Shown here piece after piece: positions 20,740 through 31,270 of a DNA stretch of 64,000 bases. The notes under the pieces were generated by a model. The model saw only the letters and a list, made by a program, of their open reading frames with translations, did no database searches and was not told the origin of the DNA. A program made the translations under genes and the position numbers. The DNA is from Dehalococcoidia bacterium (GTDB lineage: Bacteria > Chloroflexota > Dehalococcoidia > Bin125). Every line of letters begins with the position of its first letter. The stretch's first letter is position 1. The stretch lies in the NCBI GenBank assembly GCA_965221705.1, contig OZ244908.1, positions 283,064 to 347,063 of the forward strand. The letters run 5' to 3'.

Positions 20740-21585
20740 GTGATTCACCCACTCGCGATCAGCTACCGAACGCTCGGCCGATCAGCGCGCGCGCTCCCGC
20801 GAAAGTTGGCGTACGCGACGGCCCGACGTTTGATGGACGCCGTCTACATTGGCTGGCCGCGAGGTCGGAACGCCGCAACTCACAACGCGCAACAACTGCT
20901 GCCGCAGGTCGAGTGGCGCGGCGACGCAGCGTCGCTCGCTCGGGCGCAGTTCCAGCGCTACGGCGAGTACCTCGTTGACGCGGTGCGGCTCGATGAGCTC
21001 TCGACGGCCGACTGTTTCGCCGCCGTCGGCGGCGACGGCCCGACCTGGTCCGATCAGTGGCGACATCTCGACGACTGGTACGGTCGCCGACCGATCCTGT
21101 TCGCAGTGATTCACTTCGGCAACTGGGATGTCCTCGGCGGCGCGTTCACGCACCGAATCGGACCTTCGATGGTGTTGGTCGACGACCTCGGCCATCCAGC
21201 GCTCAATCGGGCGATTCAGGGCCAACGCGCCCGTCTCGGCATGACTCCAGCATCAGGACGCAGGGGCTTGCGGCGAATCGTTGAGCATCTGCGAGCCAAC
21301 GGTACGGCTGCGATTCTCTTCGATCGACCGCCACGTCAAGGAGAGCGACGCTCCACAGATACGCTCTTCGGACGCCAGGTTGCGATGCCCGCCGACGTTC
21401 AACGCATCGCCGAATCGACACATGCCAAGCTCATCCCTCTCGCGGCGACAAGACTGGGTCACGAGTTCGCGTTCAAGCCCGTCATCAATCTCAGCTTCAA
21501 AGTCGGCGCGCCGTTGCTCAAGTCGTTCGAGCCCACAATCCAATCCGCCCCCGACCAGTGGTACCAGTTCCGCCGACTGTCCTAG
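20740..21585 (+). CDS. Lysophospholipid acyltransferase (HtrB/LpxL-like LPLAT family)
   Basis: An HFGNWD (HX4D) acyltransferase motif and an LPLAT layout. Lies immediately downstream of ino1. Confidence 0.65.
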   Translation: MIHPLAISYRTLGRSARALPRKLAYATARRLMDAVYIGWPRGRNAATHNAQQLLPQVEWRGDAASLARAQFQRYGEYLVDAVRLDELSTADCFAAVGGDGPTWSDQWRHLDDWYGRRPILFAVIHFGNWDVLGGAFTHRIGPSMVLVDDLGHPALNRAIQGQRARLGMTPASGRRGLRRIVEHLRANGTAAILFDRPPRQGERRSTDTLFGRQVAMPADVQRIAESTHAKLIPLAATRLGHEFAFKPVINLSFKVGAPLLKSFEPTIQSAPDQWYQFRRLS

Positions 21586-21625
21586 GCCGCCCCTCAACGA
21601 CCAGTGCGCGTGCGAAGATGATGGT

Positions 21626-22558
21626 ATGACTACTGCCTACGCGCTCGTTCTGCTCGGCAGGTTGGCGTCTCTTCTGCCTCGCCGAGCGCTCTACTGCCTG
21701 GCGGAGATCAGCGCCGCGCTGGCGCTGCCGCTGCTTGAGCGGCGACGTATACGCATCCGCAACAATCTGCAGCGGATCCACCCCGAACACACGCCCGCGC
21801 AGCTCAACCGAGCCGCCGCTGCCGTCATCGCCGAGACCGCCCGCTACTACGTCGACCTCGCCATCCTGCCCGACCTCTCGCCGCAACAGGTGCTCGACGA
21901 CCATCTGCACGTACAAGGCCTCAATCACCTGCTCGATGCTCACCGCCGCGGTCGAGGCGTCGTGCTGACGACGGCGCACATCTCCAATCCAGAGGTCGCG
22001 GTCAAGGCGCTCGCCGCGCTCGAGATTCCCGCCGTCGCCCTGGTCGAACGGCTCGACGACCCTCAGCATCTCGCCGCCGTCAACGCCGCCCGATCGGCGG
22101 CCGGCGTGTCATTTCTGACCGCCACGCAAACCGGCGTCGCCACTGCGCTGCGCGCGCTGCGCGACGGCGGCGTGGTCTGCATCCTCTGGGACCGCGACCG
22201 CCAGGGCGGCGGATCGTGCGTGCCCTTCTTCGGCAAACAGGCGCGCTTTCCCGTCGGCGCCGTCGACCTCGCCATTCGCGCCGAGGCCGACCTCTTGCCC
22301 CTCTACGTGGTCCGACGGCCGGGCGACGATCGGCTGCAGTTTGACGTCCACTTCAAGCCGCCGATGGAACTGCTCCTGACCGGCAACCGCGCCCTCGACA
22401 CGCGCTCGAACACCGCTTCGCTGGCGCGGCTCTTCGAGCCGATCATCGCCGAGTACGCCGACATGTGGCGCGTGGCTGAGTCGCCCTGGTCGCCCTGCCG
22501 CGACACCCCGTGGGACGACCCGCATCCACGACAGACCAGCCAGGACGTCGGCCAATGA
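21626..22558 (+). CDS. Second lysophospholipid acyltransferase (HtrB/LpxL-like LPLAT family)
   Basis: TTAHISNPE (HX4-like), ILWDRD and a C-terminal LPLAT pattern. Start taken at the ATG at 21626 (MTTAYALV…). Confidence 0.6.
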   Translation: MTTAYALVLLGRLASLLPRRALYCLAEISAALALPLLERRRIRIRNNLQRIHPEHTPAQLNRAAAAVIAETARYYVDLAILPDLSPQQVLDDHLHVQGLNHLLDAHRRGRGVVLTTAHISNPEVAVKALAALEIPAVALVERLDDPQHLAAVNAARSAAGVSFLTATQTGVATALRALRDGGVVCILWDRDRQGGGSCVPFFGKQARFPVGAVDLAIRAEADLLPLYVVRRPGDDRLQFDVHFKPPMELLLTGNRALDTRSNTASLARLFEPIIAEYADMWRVAESPWSPCRDTPWDDPHPRQTSQDVGQ

Positions 22559-23352
22559 GCGAGTCGAGTTTGACCGCAAGCCAGCGCGGGCGCGCCGACC
22601 TGCAGGTCCACACCGACGCCTCAGACGGCATGGACGGCCCGCTCGTTCTGCTCGACGCGGCGCAGCGACGCGGACTCGACCTGATCGCCATCACCGATCA
22701 CGACCAGGTCGAGGGCGCGCTGCGCGCGCGCGAGCTCGCCGCGCAGCGGCAGCATCAAGTCGGTGTGATCGTCGGCAGCGAGGTGACCAGTCGGCAGGGA
22801 CATATCCTCGCGCTCTGGATCGAACAACCGATTCCCAGCTTCCGCAGCGCCGCGGCGACGATCGAGGCGATCTGGCATCAGGGCGGCGTCGCGATCATCG
22901 CGCACCCGGCCGCCGTCGTGCCGTTCGCGCTCGGCGTCGGCGCCATCGATCGCTTGCTGGGCGACCTCGCGCTCGAACTCAGCGGTCGCGACGCTCCCCT
23001 GCTGGCGCTCGAAACGGCCAATCCGATTCCCTCGGCTCTGTGGCGCCGCCGCCGCGTGGTCGAAGCCAACGAGCGCTGGGGATTGATCGCGACGGGCGGC
23101 TCCGACGCGCACTTCCACGAGCAGGTCGGCGCTGCGGCGACGCTCTTCCGAGGTCGCAGCGAGGAAGACTTGCGCGCAGCGCTGCGCAACGGCGAGACCA
23201 GCGTCGAGCTGGGCCGATACCCCAGCCTGAGAGACATCGGCGCCAGCCGACTCCTGCGTCAACAGTGGCGCGGCCTCACCGCCACGCCAAGAGCCCTCCT
23301 CCACCGCCGCTTCGTCACGCGCGCCGCGCGCAGTCCCGGACAACGGGCGTAG
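22555..23352 (+). CDS. PHP-domain metal-dependent phosphoesterase
   Basis: LQVHTDASDG…ITDHD…AHP…GGSDAH His/Asp metal-ligand pattern of the polymerase/histidinol-phosphatase fold. Confidence 0.7.
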   Translation: MSESSLTASQRGRADLQVHTDASDGMDGPLVLLDAAQRRGLDLIAITDHDQVEGALRARELAAQRQHQVGVIVGSEVTSRQGHILALWIEQPIPSFRSAAATIEAIWHQGGVAIIAHPAAVVPFALGVGAIDRLLGDLALELSGRDAPLLALETANPIPSALWRRRRVVEANERWGLIATGGSDAHFHEQVGAAATLFRGRSEEDLRAALRNGETSVELGRYPSLRDIGASRLLRQQWRGLTATPRALLHRRFVTRAARSPGQRA

Positions 23353-23362
23353 GCTCGCCGCC

Positions 23363-24385
23363 GTGCGCGTGTTGCATGTTCTGCCCTATGACCCTCGACA
23401 GCCTGGCGGCGTTCAGACGCATACGTTCGCGCTTTCGGGCGCCTTGACCGAACTCGGCTGCGAGAGCGACGTCTTCGCGCCCTCGCGACCCTGGCGTATC
23501 CCGCTCGGAGGCACCAGAGCCGACATCGTCTGGCATCCCGTCGACCTGTGGCGGCTGAGACGGGCGCTGAGACAGCCGCGCGACGTCGTGCACATCCAGG
23601 AGCCGTTGCTGCCCCTGCTCGGACCTCTGACGCTGCTTCATCCAGGTTCAACGCCGGTCGTGGTCACGCTGCACTCCGCCGAGCGCGCCGCGCAACGGTG
23701 GTATCGCTGGACTGCCCCGCTCTCGCGGATGCTCCTGGGTCGCGCCGACGCGGTCATCTGCGCCTCGGAGGTGTCCCGGCGCACGGCCGAACCCGTCCTG
23801 CCCTCGTCGATCGAACAGATCTATCCCTGCCTCGATCTGTCTGCGTTTCTCGCTGTCGAGCCCGAGCCCGAACCTCAGACCGTGCTGTTCGTCGGCCGAG
23901 ATGAGCCGCGCAAAGGTCTGCCGACGCTGCTCGACGCCATAGCGCGCGTCCCCGACGCGAGACTGCTCGTCGCTGGGCCCGTATCTAATGCCACGCGCCG
24001 ACTCGCCAGCGAACAGGTCACGTTCCTCGGGCCCGTCTTACACGACGAGATCCCCACGCTCATGCGTCGAGCCACCTGCTTCGCCGCGCCGTCGACCAGC
24101 GGCGAGGCGCTGGGGCTGGTTCTGGTCGAGGCGATGGCCGCCGGCCTGCCAGTCGCAGCGAGCGACATCGACGGATACCGCATCGCCTCCGACGACGGCC
24201 GCGCGGCGTTGCTCTCCGCGCCCAACGACGCCAACGCCCTGGCCAAGAATCTCGTTCGCCTGCTCAGCGACCGAGCGTTGCGCGAGCGACTGATTCGCGC
24301 TGGACGCGAGTCGGCCGCTCGATTCGATGCTCGCGTGGTCGCGCAGCGGCATCTCGATCTGTATCGAGCAGTGGCGGACGCGTAG
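23363..24385 (+). CDS. GT4-family glycosyltransferase (PimA-like)
   Basis: GT-B fold. The EX7E-like region carries GEALGLVLVEAMAAGLPV. Confidence 0.75.
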   Translation: MRVLHVLPYDPRQPGGVQTHTFALSGALTELGCESDVFAPSRPWRIPLGGTRADIVWHPVDLWRLRRALRQPRDVVHIQEPLLPLLGPLTLLHPGSTPVVVTLHSAERAAQRWYRWTAPLSRMLLGRADAVICASEVSRRTAEPVLPSSIEQIYPCLDLSAFLAVEPEPEPQTVLFVGRDEPRKGLPTLLDAIARVPDARLLVAGPVSNATRRLASEQVTFLGPVLHDEIPTLMRRATCFAAPSTSGEALGLVLVEAMAAGLPVAASDIDGYRIASDDGRAALLSAPNDANALAKNLVRLLSDRALRERLIRAGRESAARFDARVVAQRHLDLYRAVADA

Positions 24386-24394
24386 TCTGATCGC

Positions 24395-25294
24395 GTGCTG
24401 CTCAACCGACTGTTCACTCGACTGGTGTTGGTCGCCTCCGCGCTTGGGATGGCGGCTGTCCTGGCGTCTTCGTTGGCGGCCCAGGAGGCCGAGCTGGAGT
24501 GGTTCGACGCCGAACGAGACGATGTCACGCTCTGGCACACGCAGAGCGAACTTCGAGCGGAAGAGCTCGCTGATCACGCGCAAGGCGCATACGACCTGGT
24601 CAGCGATCTGCTCGACACGTCGACATCGCAAGCGCTGAACGTCGTCGTCTGGCCCCCTGACGCTGACGCCGATGACCCGGCGCTGCTGCCGGAAGGCCTC
24701 GACGAGACCTCGCTGGTCGAACACGTCATGCGCAACTCTTCGGGCAGTGTGCGCAGCGCAGTCACCGATGCGCTGGTCAACGCCGCCAGCGCGCCGCACG
24801 TCGAGCAAACGCCGCTCTGGCTGCGGTTCGGACTCCGGTTCTGGTCGCAAGGCCCCTTGCCGGGCTTCTATCTGCGCCGCGCAGGCTCGGTCGTCGTGCT
24901 CGACCACGAGGACTACTACTCGCTGGAACAGTTGCAGGTCGTACCGCAGACCTGGCAGTTCCAGGCCAAGTACTTCGGCCAATCAGGCGGGATGCTCTCC
25001 TGGATGCTCCAGGACTGGGGCCCTGAAGCGCTCAGGCAGCTCTTCGAGCTCGTTTCGCAGGGCGCGCCGTTCTACCGCGCCTTCGCACAGGTCTACGACA
25101 TTGAGGAAGACAAGCTGATCGGCGAGTTCACCAAGAACGCCGAGCGTGCGCTTTTGCTCAACTGGCCCTACATCGAGCCCCAGGGCAAGCCGTTCTACGA
25201 GCGACTGAACGTCGGCTACGTCCTCGCGATCTTCGCCGGAGTTCCGTTGCTGGTGCTTGGATTCTTCATTGGCAAACGATTGTTTTACGACTAA
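24395..25294 (+). CDS. Hypothetical exported protein with a C-terminal transmembrane anchor
   Basis: N-terminal signal peptide and a C-terminal hydrophobic helix (VLAIFAGVPLLVLGFFIG). No recognised catalytic motif. Confidence 0.4.
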   Translation: MLLNRLFTRLVLVASALGMAAVLASSLAAQEAELEWFDAERDDVTLWHTQSELRAEELADHAQGAYDLVSDLLDTSTSQALNVVVWPPDADADDPALLPEGLDETSLVEHVMRNSSGSVRSAVTDALVNAASAPHVEQTPLWLRFGLRFWSQGPLPGFYLRRAGSVVVLDHEDYYSLEQLQVVPQTWQFQAKYFGQSGGMLSWMLQDWGPEALRQLFELVSQGAPFYRAFAQVYDIEEDKLIGEFTKNAERALLLNWPYIEPQGKPFYERLNVGYVLAIFAGVPLLVLGFFIGKRLFYD

Positions 25295-25370
25295 ACCGAG
25301 CATCAGCCGTCGCGATTGCGGCCTGCGTGTGTAGAGTGAGTCTCGGCGGTTGGGCTGAGACCGAGCACCC

Positions 25371-26006
25371 GTGTCACTGCTTCCACACTCGATGTCACGC
25401 GACTTCTCTGGCCGTCTGGGACGCGCCGTCGCCCGCACTGGACTGTCGCCCAACGCGCTGACCGTGATCGGTCTGATCGGCATGGGCGGCGCCGCCGCGC
25501 TGGCCGCTTGGGGCATGTTCTGGCAGGCGGGCATCGTGATGCTCGCAGCGGCGTTCTTCGACCTGCTCGACGGCGCCGTCGCGCGCGCCACCGACCGCGC
25601 CTCGGACTGGGGGGCCGTCTTCGACGCCGTCTCCGACCGTCTGGCCGACTTCGCGCTGCTCTTCGGTCTGCTGATCTGGTTTAGCGCCGGCGAGCGCTAC
25701 GACCGTACCGCCGTGGTCCTGATCGGCGTCGCGCTCTTCGGCTCGATGATGGTCAGCTACACGCGATCGAAAGCGGGCGAGTTCGGCGTCAGCATCCGCA
25801 CGGGACTCGGCACGCGCCTCGAGCGGATCCTGATCATGGCGATCGGGCTGCTCTCTGAGCAGATCGTTCCAGTGCTCTGGCTGTTGGCCGTGCTTTCCAA
25901 CCTGACCGCGCTGCAGCGCTGGTTCATCACCTGGCGCGCCATGCGCAGCCTTGAGTCAAGCGACTCAAACCCGGAGGAGGACTCGGAGAGCCCGTTCAAG
26001 TCGTGA
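25371..26006 (+). CDS. CDP-alcohol phosphatidyltransferase (probable phosphatidylinositol-phosphate/PI synthase)
   Basis: Has the signature DG-x2-AR-x8-G-x3-D-x3-D (DLLDGAVARATDRASDWGAVFDAVSD). The protein is multi-TM. It sits in the same cluster as ino1. Confidence 0.75.
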   Translation: MSLLPHSMSRDFSGRLGRAVARTGLSPNALTVIGLIGMGGAAALAAWGMFWQAGIVMLAAAFFDLLDGAVARATDRASDWGAVFDAVSDRLADFALLFGLLIWFSAGERYDRTAVVLIGVALFGSMMVSYTRSKAGEFGVSIRTGLGTRLERILIMAIGLLSEQIVPVLWLLAVLSNLTALQRWFITWRAMRSLESSDSNPEEDSESPFKS

Positions 26007-26051
26007 GCTGCCTCGTCATGGCCGCGCTCCAGTCCCCTTCCCTTCTGTTCT

Positions 26052-26400
26052 GATCCCCTCTCCCCTCGGGGAGAGGGTTAGGGTGAGGGGGCTCCCGCAA
26101 ACCTCGGAACCCTCACCCCAGCCCTCTCCCTGGAAGGGAGAGGGAGTCAGAAGGGGGCAGGGAGCAAGAAGCAAGAAGGGAAGATCCCATCCCCCGACTT
26201 ATTCGGGGTCTGCTCGATTGGTCGCGAGGAGCCCAATGCGGGTCCCCGAATCAATCGAGGGCTGGGAAGCCCTCGCATTCTTCCCTGCTGATCCCCTCTC
26301 CCCTCGGGGAGAGGGTTAGGGTGAGGGGGCTCCCCGCAAACCTCAGACGGCCGAACCCTCACCCCAGCTCTCTCCCTGGAAGGGAGAGGGAGTCAAAAGG
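26052..26400. repeat. Family 1 composite palindromic repeat: two full copies (26052-26160 and 26290-26400) separated by a spacer
   Basis: Both copies read gatcccctctcccctcggggagagggttagggtgagggggctcc…ccctcaccccagc(c/t)ctctccctggaagggagagggagtca. Confidence 0.85.
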
Positions 26401-26465
26401 GAGAGAGAAGGAACGGGAGAAGCGACGGGGCAAGCCGAGTCGTTGCTCGCGCGACGACGTTGGGC

Positions 26466-27122
26466 CTACGTGTTCGACCGCACCAGCTCGACGATTTCGT
26501 CGACGGTGGCGTCGCGCCACGAGGCCCACTCGTCCGACGACTGCAACGCGCGATATGACTCGCGAATCCGCGCGCGCATCTCGTCCTCCGACTCGCCCTC
26601 GTTGCGGCTGAACAGCTTCTGCATGTTGGCCATGTGCTCGTTGGCGACCGCCGGACGCTCGATCCAGTGTCCGATGTACTGGTGGTCGAGCGTGTAGAGC
26701 ACCGCCGTCGGGATCGACTCGTGCTCTCCGTCCTTGAGGAACTCCGACATGATGTCGTTGTTCTCGTCGCGGGCGAAGATGCGCAGTTCCCAGCCCGCCG
26801 TGGCCGCAATCTCGGCCAGCACCGGCAAACCGCGGTAGACATCGGGGCACCAGTCTTCGCCCAAGACGAGCATCTTCAGACGAGGCAGCGACTGCAACGC
26901 CTCACGGCCCGACTCGGAAATCTGCCAGGCGCCCATGTTGCGCACGAACCGCTCGACGTTCGCGTCGCCGCGCGGCGAGCCGCCCGGCGTGAGCCGCTGG
27001 TGGTTCTCTTCCGAGTTGATGAACGCCAGGTACTGGTTCCAGGTCATGCCCGACTTGAATCGCTCGGGCGTCACGACGGATTCTGAGGTCGCGGTAGTCA
27101 TCGTCTGCTCCTCTGTCTGCAA
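26466..27122 (-). CDS. Thioredoxin-fold family protein (single-Cys WCPD motif)
   Basis: LVLGEDWCPDV Trx-like active-site context, with a single Cys. About 210 aa. Confidence 0.5.
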   Translation of the reverse strand: MQTEEQTMTTATSESVVTPERFKSGMTWNQYLAFINSEENHQRLTPGGSPRGDANVERFVRNMGAWQISESGREALQSLPRLKMLVLGEDWCPDVYRGLPVLAEIAATAGWELRIFARDENNDIMSEFLKDGEHESIPTAVLYTLDHQYIGHWIERPAVANEHMANMQKLFSRNEGESEDEMRARIRESYRALQSSDEWASWRDATVDEIVELVRSNT

Positions 27123-27190
27123 GGAAGTGGCTTGTCGGTCAGTCTAGCCCGCGACGCATATGCCTTGACTGCCAACTCGATCGCGCGGGG

Positions 27191-27439
27191 CTAGTGGTCC
27201 TGATGACAGGGACAGGTGCATTCGTCGAGCGAGTAGCGCAACACGTCGACGTACGTCGCCTCGGCGAGATGCTCGGCCAGTTGCGGCGGCAGTCGTTGAC
27301 CCTCGGCGACCCCGGCCTTGTTGACCGACGCGAAGGCGTAGACCGCCATCGCCGCAGCGCGATCGATCACGTCAGCGATGTCGCTGCGCAGCACGCCCTC
27401 TTCGCCCGATTGCCGTTCGTCCAACGCCATACCTCGCAA
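27191..27439 (-). CDS. Small hypothetical protein with a C-terminal CxCPCH motif
   Basis: 82-aa ORF. Real coding is uncertain, since an opposite-strand ORF of similar size exists. Confidence 0.2.
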   Translation of the reverse strand: MRGMALDERQSGEEGVLRSDIADVIDRAAAMAVYAFASVNKAGVAEGQRLPPQLAEHLAEATYVDVLRYSLDECTCPCHQDH

Positions 27440-27561
27440 GCTGCAACGGTCAGTTCAGGACGAGCCTGAATGCGCTTAGGATACACCCGAGGCCGCGCGT
27501 CGACTGTGCGTCCGTCGCGCGCCGATCGCGCCTCTGTTCGCACCGAACAGACAGCAACGAA

Positions 27562-28476
27562 GTGGATGCCGCCATGTCACAGTTTGAGTTTGGCTGTCAG
27601 ATCCCCGCCTGGCATTGGCATTGGGACGTCTCCGAGTTGCGCGATTGGGCGCAGGGCGTCGAGGCCATCGGCTGCGACTTCATCTCGATGGCCGACCACG
27701 TGATCTACGCCTACGCGCGCGACGGTCGACCGCAGACCGGCCCATACACCGATGACGTCCATCAGCACGAGGTGATGACCACGCTCGCCTGGCTCGCCGG
27801 ACAGACCAGTCGCGTCGCGCTGCAGACCAATGTGCTCGTGCTGCCGCAACGCGAACCAGTGCTCGTGGCCAAACAGGCCGCCGAAATCGACATCCTCTCC
27901 GGCGGTCGCATGCGTCTCGGCATCGGCATCGGATGGCAGTGGCAAGAGTTCGACGCGCTCGGCGTGAACTTCCGCCAGCGGCCGAGTCGCATGGAGGAGT
28001 ACATCCGCGTCCTGCGCGCCTGCTGGACCGAGGAGCCGATCAACTTCAGCGGCAGATACGTGCAGATCGACGAGATGTCGGTGATGCCCAAGCCAGTCAC
28101 GCCCGGCGGACCGCCGATTCTCTTTGGCGGACTCTCCAAGCCGGCGATCGAGCGCACCGCCAGACTCGGCGACGGCTGGATCGCGCCCGTCGCCAGCGAC
28201 CTCGCGCAGCTCAGTCAACTGACGACCGACCTACGGGCCGAACTCGAACGCAACGATCGCGATCCCGACGAGTTTCCCATCCAGTGGCTGCCGCCGCTCG
28301 ACGCCGATCAAGGCAATATGCAGCGATTGCTCAGCGGCGCGCGCGACATCGGCATCACGAGGCTCGGCATCGGCATGCCCAACTACGACCGCGAACTGGC
28401 GATCCCCGTCGACCAGTACCTGCAGGTTGTCGAATCCACCTGGCGTGAGGTCTGGCCCGGGATCAGGGACGGCTAG
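27562..28476 (+). CDS. LLM-class (luciferase-like) flavin/F420-dependent oxidoreductase
   Basis: Luciferase-like monooxygenase pattern (ISMADH…, GGRMRLGIGIGW, PPILFGG). The start may be the ATG at 27574. Confidence 0.75.
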   Translation: MDAAMSQFEFGCQIPAWHWHWDVSELRDWAQGVEAIGCDFISMADHVIYAYARDGRPQTGPYTDDVHQHEVMTTLAWLAGQTSRVALQTNVLVLPQREPVLVAKQAAEIDILSGGRMRLGIGIGWQWQEFDALGVNFRQRPSRMEEYIRVLRACWTEEPINFSGRYVQIDEMSVMPKPVTPGGPPILFGGLSKPAIERTARLGDGWIAPVASDLAQLSQLTTDLRAELERNDRDPDEFPIQWLPPLDADQGNMQRLLSGARDIGITRLGIGMPNYDRELAIPVDQYLQVVESTWREVWPGIRDG

Positions 28477-28485
28477 CCGTCTCCA

Positions 28486-29970
28486 TCAGTCCCAACAGAG
28501 CGCCCGCGCTCGCAGCATCGACATCAGATAGTGCTGCGCGTTGTCGCAGCGCAGTCCGGATCGATGCAGCGCCGAGCGCACGCCGCCGACGTGCTCAGGG
28601 CCGCCGACCAGCGCATGCTCGACCCCTTCGACCGAGAGCGAGAGCAGGAACCGCATGCTGAGCAGTAAGGCGTCGCGGTAACGTGCGGCGCGCTCCTCAT
28701 CGCCGGCGCGCTGGGCGATCGCGAGCGCGCTCGCGATGCCTTCGCTGTAGGCCGCCGTGCCAATCCCTGGGGTGTTCTGAAACGCCCCGACCCAGAGCGG
28801 GTTGGCCGAGCTGGAGTCCTGCTGATCCTCGAGCGCCCAATCGGCCATCTCGTAGGCGTAGTCGCGAGCCTCAGCGGCCGAGGCCTCATCCGCCACGACG
28901 TGCCACTGATCGCACGCCTGCAGCATCCAGGTCGTGAACGACAGGTCGCGCTCCGACTGATCAGCCCATCGCTCGCGATAGTGCCGCATCGAGCGCTCGA
29001 CCGCCGCCCGCAGCCGCGGACGCCTTCGCTGCGCGTAGAGCCGCGCCAGCGCCAGCGCGATCTGTCCCGCGTAGTAGGTCTCCGAACCCTCCAGCTCCAA
29101 TCCTCTCGCCGATGTACCCAGCCGACCGTCCGGCGACTGCACGGCGAGCAGCGAGGCGGTCAACTGCTCGACCGTCTCGCGCGGAACCCGCAGCGCCGAC
29201 CCCAGCTCGCTCATCGCCAGAAGCAACAGCGGCGTCGCGCCTAACTTGGCCTCGCCGTACATGTCTTCGAGGTAGAACAGCCGCCCCGGCCCATCGCGGC
29301 GCAAGTGACGCTCCAGAATGCCGCCGATCGCGCGCGCCGCGGCCTCTCCGATCTTGCGGTCGCGCGTCAGACGCCCGACAAAGGCGATCGCCCAGGCGCA
29401 GCCGCATTGACGCACAAGCTGGTCGTAGGGCGTCCAGCCGCCTTCCGACTCAGCGCTCGGCGATTGGTACTCATAGGCGAACGAGCCATCGGCCCGTTGG
29501 TGCCGCAGCAGCCAGGCCGCGGCCTGCAGCGCCGAGCCTGAGAGACGGTCAGGCAGCACCTCATCGAGTTCAACGATGCGAAACCCGCCCGCGCGACGCG
29601 GTATCCGCTCACCGTCGGTCGGCGCGACGCCGCCCAACGCCTCGACGGTCGTGAACGTTTCTACTGAAGTGCTCGAGGCGAGCCTCGCGCCGGGCGGACG
29701 CGCGGCTCGATTGAGCTGCTTCACCCATGCCGCCGTGCGGCCGTCGGCGCGCAGGGCGTCAAATGGCCAACCACGAGCCACGCGGTCGCCGTCGCGCAGC
29801 AGCAGTCCTTCGCGTCCTGGCAGCGGCGTCTGGATCAGCCCGATCAGGCCCTCCGGCGTTCGAGGCGCGCGTTCATGTTCGACTTCAATGCCCAACGCGT
29901 CGCCGGCCTGGTCAGACTCATCGCCCAACGACAAGCGCAGCGTATGGCCCGCCGCTTGCGCGGCGACCAT
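28486..29970 (-). CDS. Hypothetical protein, possibly an (alpha/alpha)6-toroid fold. Start uncertain.
   Basis: Long ORF with helical-repeat character. The 5' end of the track ORF overlaps the phosphotriesterase-family gene, so the start was moved to the internal ATG. Confidence 0.35.
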   Translation of the reverse strand: MVAAQAAGHTLRLSLGDESDQAGDALGIEVEHERAPRTPEGLIGLIQTPLPGREGLLLRDGDRVARGWPFDALRADGRTAAWVKQLNRAARPPGARLASSTSVETFTTVEALGGVAPTDGERIPRRAGGFRIVELDEVLPDRLSGSALQAAAWLLRHQRADGSFAYEYQSPSAESEGGWTPYDQLVRQCGCAWAIAFVGRLTRDRKIGEAAARAIGGILERHLRRDGPGRLFYLEDMYGEAKLGATPLLLLAMSELGSALRVPRETVEQLTASLLAVQSPDGRLGTSARGLELEGSETYYAGQIALALARLYAQRRRPRLRAAVERSMRHYRERWADQSERDLSFTTWMLQACDQWHVVADEASAAEARDYAYEMADWALEDQQDSSSANPLWVGAFQNTPGIGTAAYSEGIASALAIAQRAGDEERAARYRDALLLSMRFLLSLSVEGVEHALVGGPEHVGGVRSALHRSGLRCDNAQHYLMSMLRARALCWD

Positions 29971-30164
29971 CCCGTCCTCGCCGACCGCCTCCGCCTCAGC
30001 CACGACCCGTCCCGCGCGCCACAGTCGGGCGCGCGCCGCCCGATCGCCCTCAGACGCATCAGGCGTCGAGCCGGCGAACCCCGCTCTCGCCGCCGCGAGC
30101 AGATCGGCCGCCTCCCACTCCTCGCGCGCCGTCCCTGCGCCGCTCACGCCCAGGTCCCCCACGC

Positions 30165-31118
30165 TTAGTACGCGCCCTGCTTCTCGAAGAGCTCTCGCGG
30201 ATTGTTGATCAACATCTGATCGACCTGCGCCTGACTCACGCCGCGCTCGAGCAGCGCCGGCACGACGTCGTCGGGGATGTGATTGAAGTGCCAGTTCGGC
30301 TGCGCCTGACGCACCGCGTCGATGTCGGGAATCCAGTCCAGACAACACGAGGCGTCATGGGCGAGCAGCATCCGCTCGGTGTATCCGTCGGCCGCGAGCT
30401 TGACCACCGTGTCAACGCGATCATCGAACGGCAGAATCTGGTCCAGGCCAAAGCGATCCAGTCCGACGTACGAGCCGCGGTCCATGATCGACTTGAGGTA
30501 GTCGGTGTCATCGGTGTCGCCGACATGTCCAATCACGATTCGCGAGAGGTCGCAGCCTTCGTCCTCGAAGATGTCTTGCTGTTTCGCGCCCAACTCGGGC
30601 GGTCCGTTATGCGTCGCAATCGGCGCTCCCGTCGCGCGATGCGCCCGCGCGCCGGCGCGCAGACACTTCTCGTTGTACGAATCAACACCGCCGCCCTGCT
30701 CATCCGAGGCGAGTTTGATGATGTTTGCCTTAATCTCGGTCCCCGCGATGCCTTCGGTGATGTCCTTGACGAACACGCGAGTCAGCTCTTCGGCCGGTCG
30801 ACCGCGCCAGTACATCGACCGCAGCCAGTAGATCCCCGTGCAGAGCACGACGTTCAGCGACGTCACGTTCGCCACCTTCTGCAGGTAGCCGATGTCGCGC
30901 CCCAGGTCGGCGGTCGAGAGGTCGACGACCGTGCCGACGCCTCGCTGCTGGAGCGCGTTCAACTTCTCCTCAGCCGACGCGACGCATCCGGCTTCGTCCC
31001 AGAGCTCAGGCCAGTTCTCCGAGATCCCGGGCGAGCGAATGCCGATGTGCTCGTGAATCAGCGTGCGGCCGAGTTCAGCGGTGTCTAACGCCCCGTGCAA
31101 CGTGTTGATCGACGGCAT
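30165..31118 (-). CDS. Phosphotriesterase-family protein (amidohydrolase superfamily, PTE/PHP-like)
   Basis: HEHI metal-binding start, plus a K…, HNG…, GHVGD… and D…(LAHD) TIM-barrel metal-ligand pattern. Confidence 0.8.
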   Translation of the reverse strand: MPSINTLHGALDTAELGRTLIHEHIGIRSPGISENWPELWDEAGCVASAEEKLNALQQRGVGTVVDLSTADLGRDIGYLQKVANVTSLNVVLCTGIYWLRSMYWRGRPAEELTRVFVKDITEGIAGTEIKANIIKLASDEQGGGVDSYNEKCLRAGARAHRATGAPIATHNGPPELGAKQQDIFEDEGCDLSRIVIGHVGDTDDTDYLKSIMDRGSYVGLDRFGLDQILPFDDRVDTVVKLAADGYTERMLLAHDASCCLDWIPDIDAVRQAQPNWHFNHIPDDVVPALLERGVSQAQVDQMLINNPRELFEKQGAY

Positions 31119-31270
31119 GGCTGCGCCCTTTCCAGGATCCACTCAGGATCACGACTCCAACGTGTCGTCTGCGCAAATGCTAACGCTCACCCACCAGTGA
31201 CCTGCACGTGGAGACTTGAGAGTGAACCAAGCGTTTGGCGAGCTGCGATGTGTCGATACGATGATGATCA

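Noticed and set aside
26040-26410. Possible CRISPR array, given the clustered repeat copies.
   Set aside because: There are only two long copies of about 110 bp with an unrelated spacer. No short regular repeat-spacer periodicity is present, and the copies match the dispersed family found elsewhere.
29727-31088. A 453-aa plus-strand ORF antisense to the phosphotriesterase-family and alpha/alpha-protein genes. It is one of many long antisense ORFs, for example 4177-4890, 12641-13486, 14892-15791, 22621-23343, 34273-35229, 40821-41534 and 45553-46605.
   Set aside because: These are typical high-GC shadow ORFs opposite well-supported genes. Their products are Arg/Pro/Ala-rich with no motifs.
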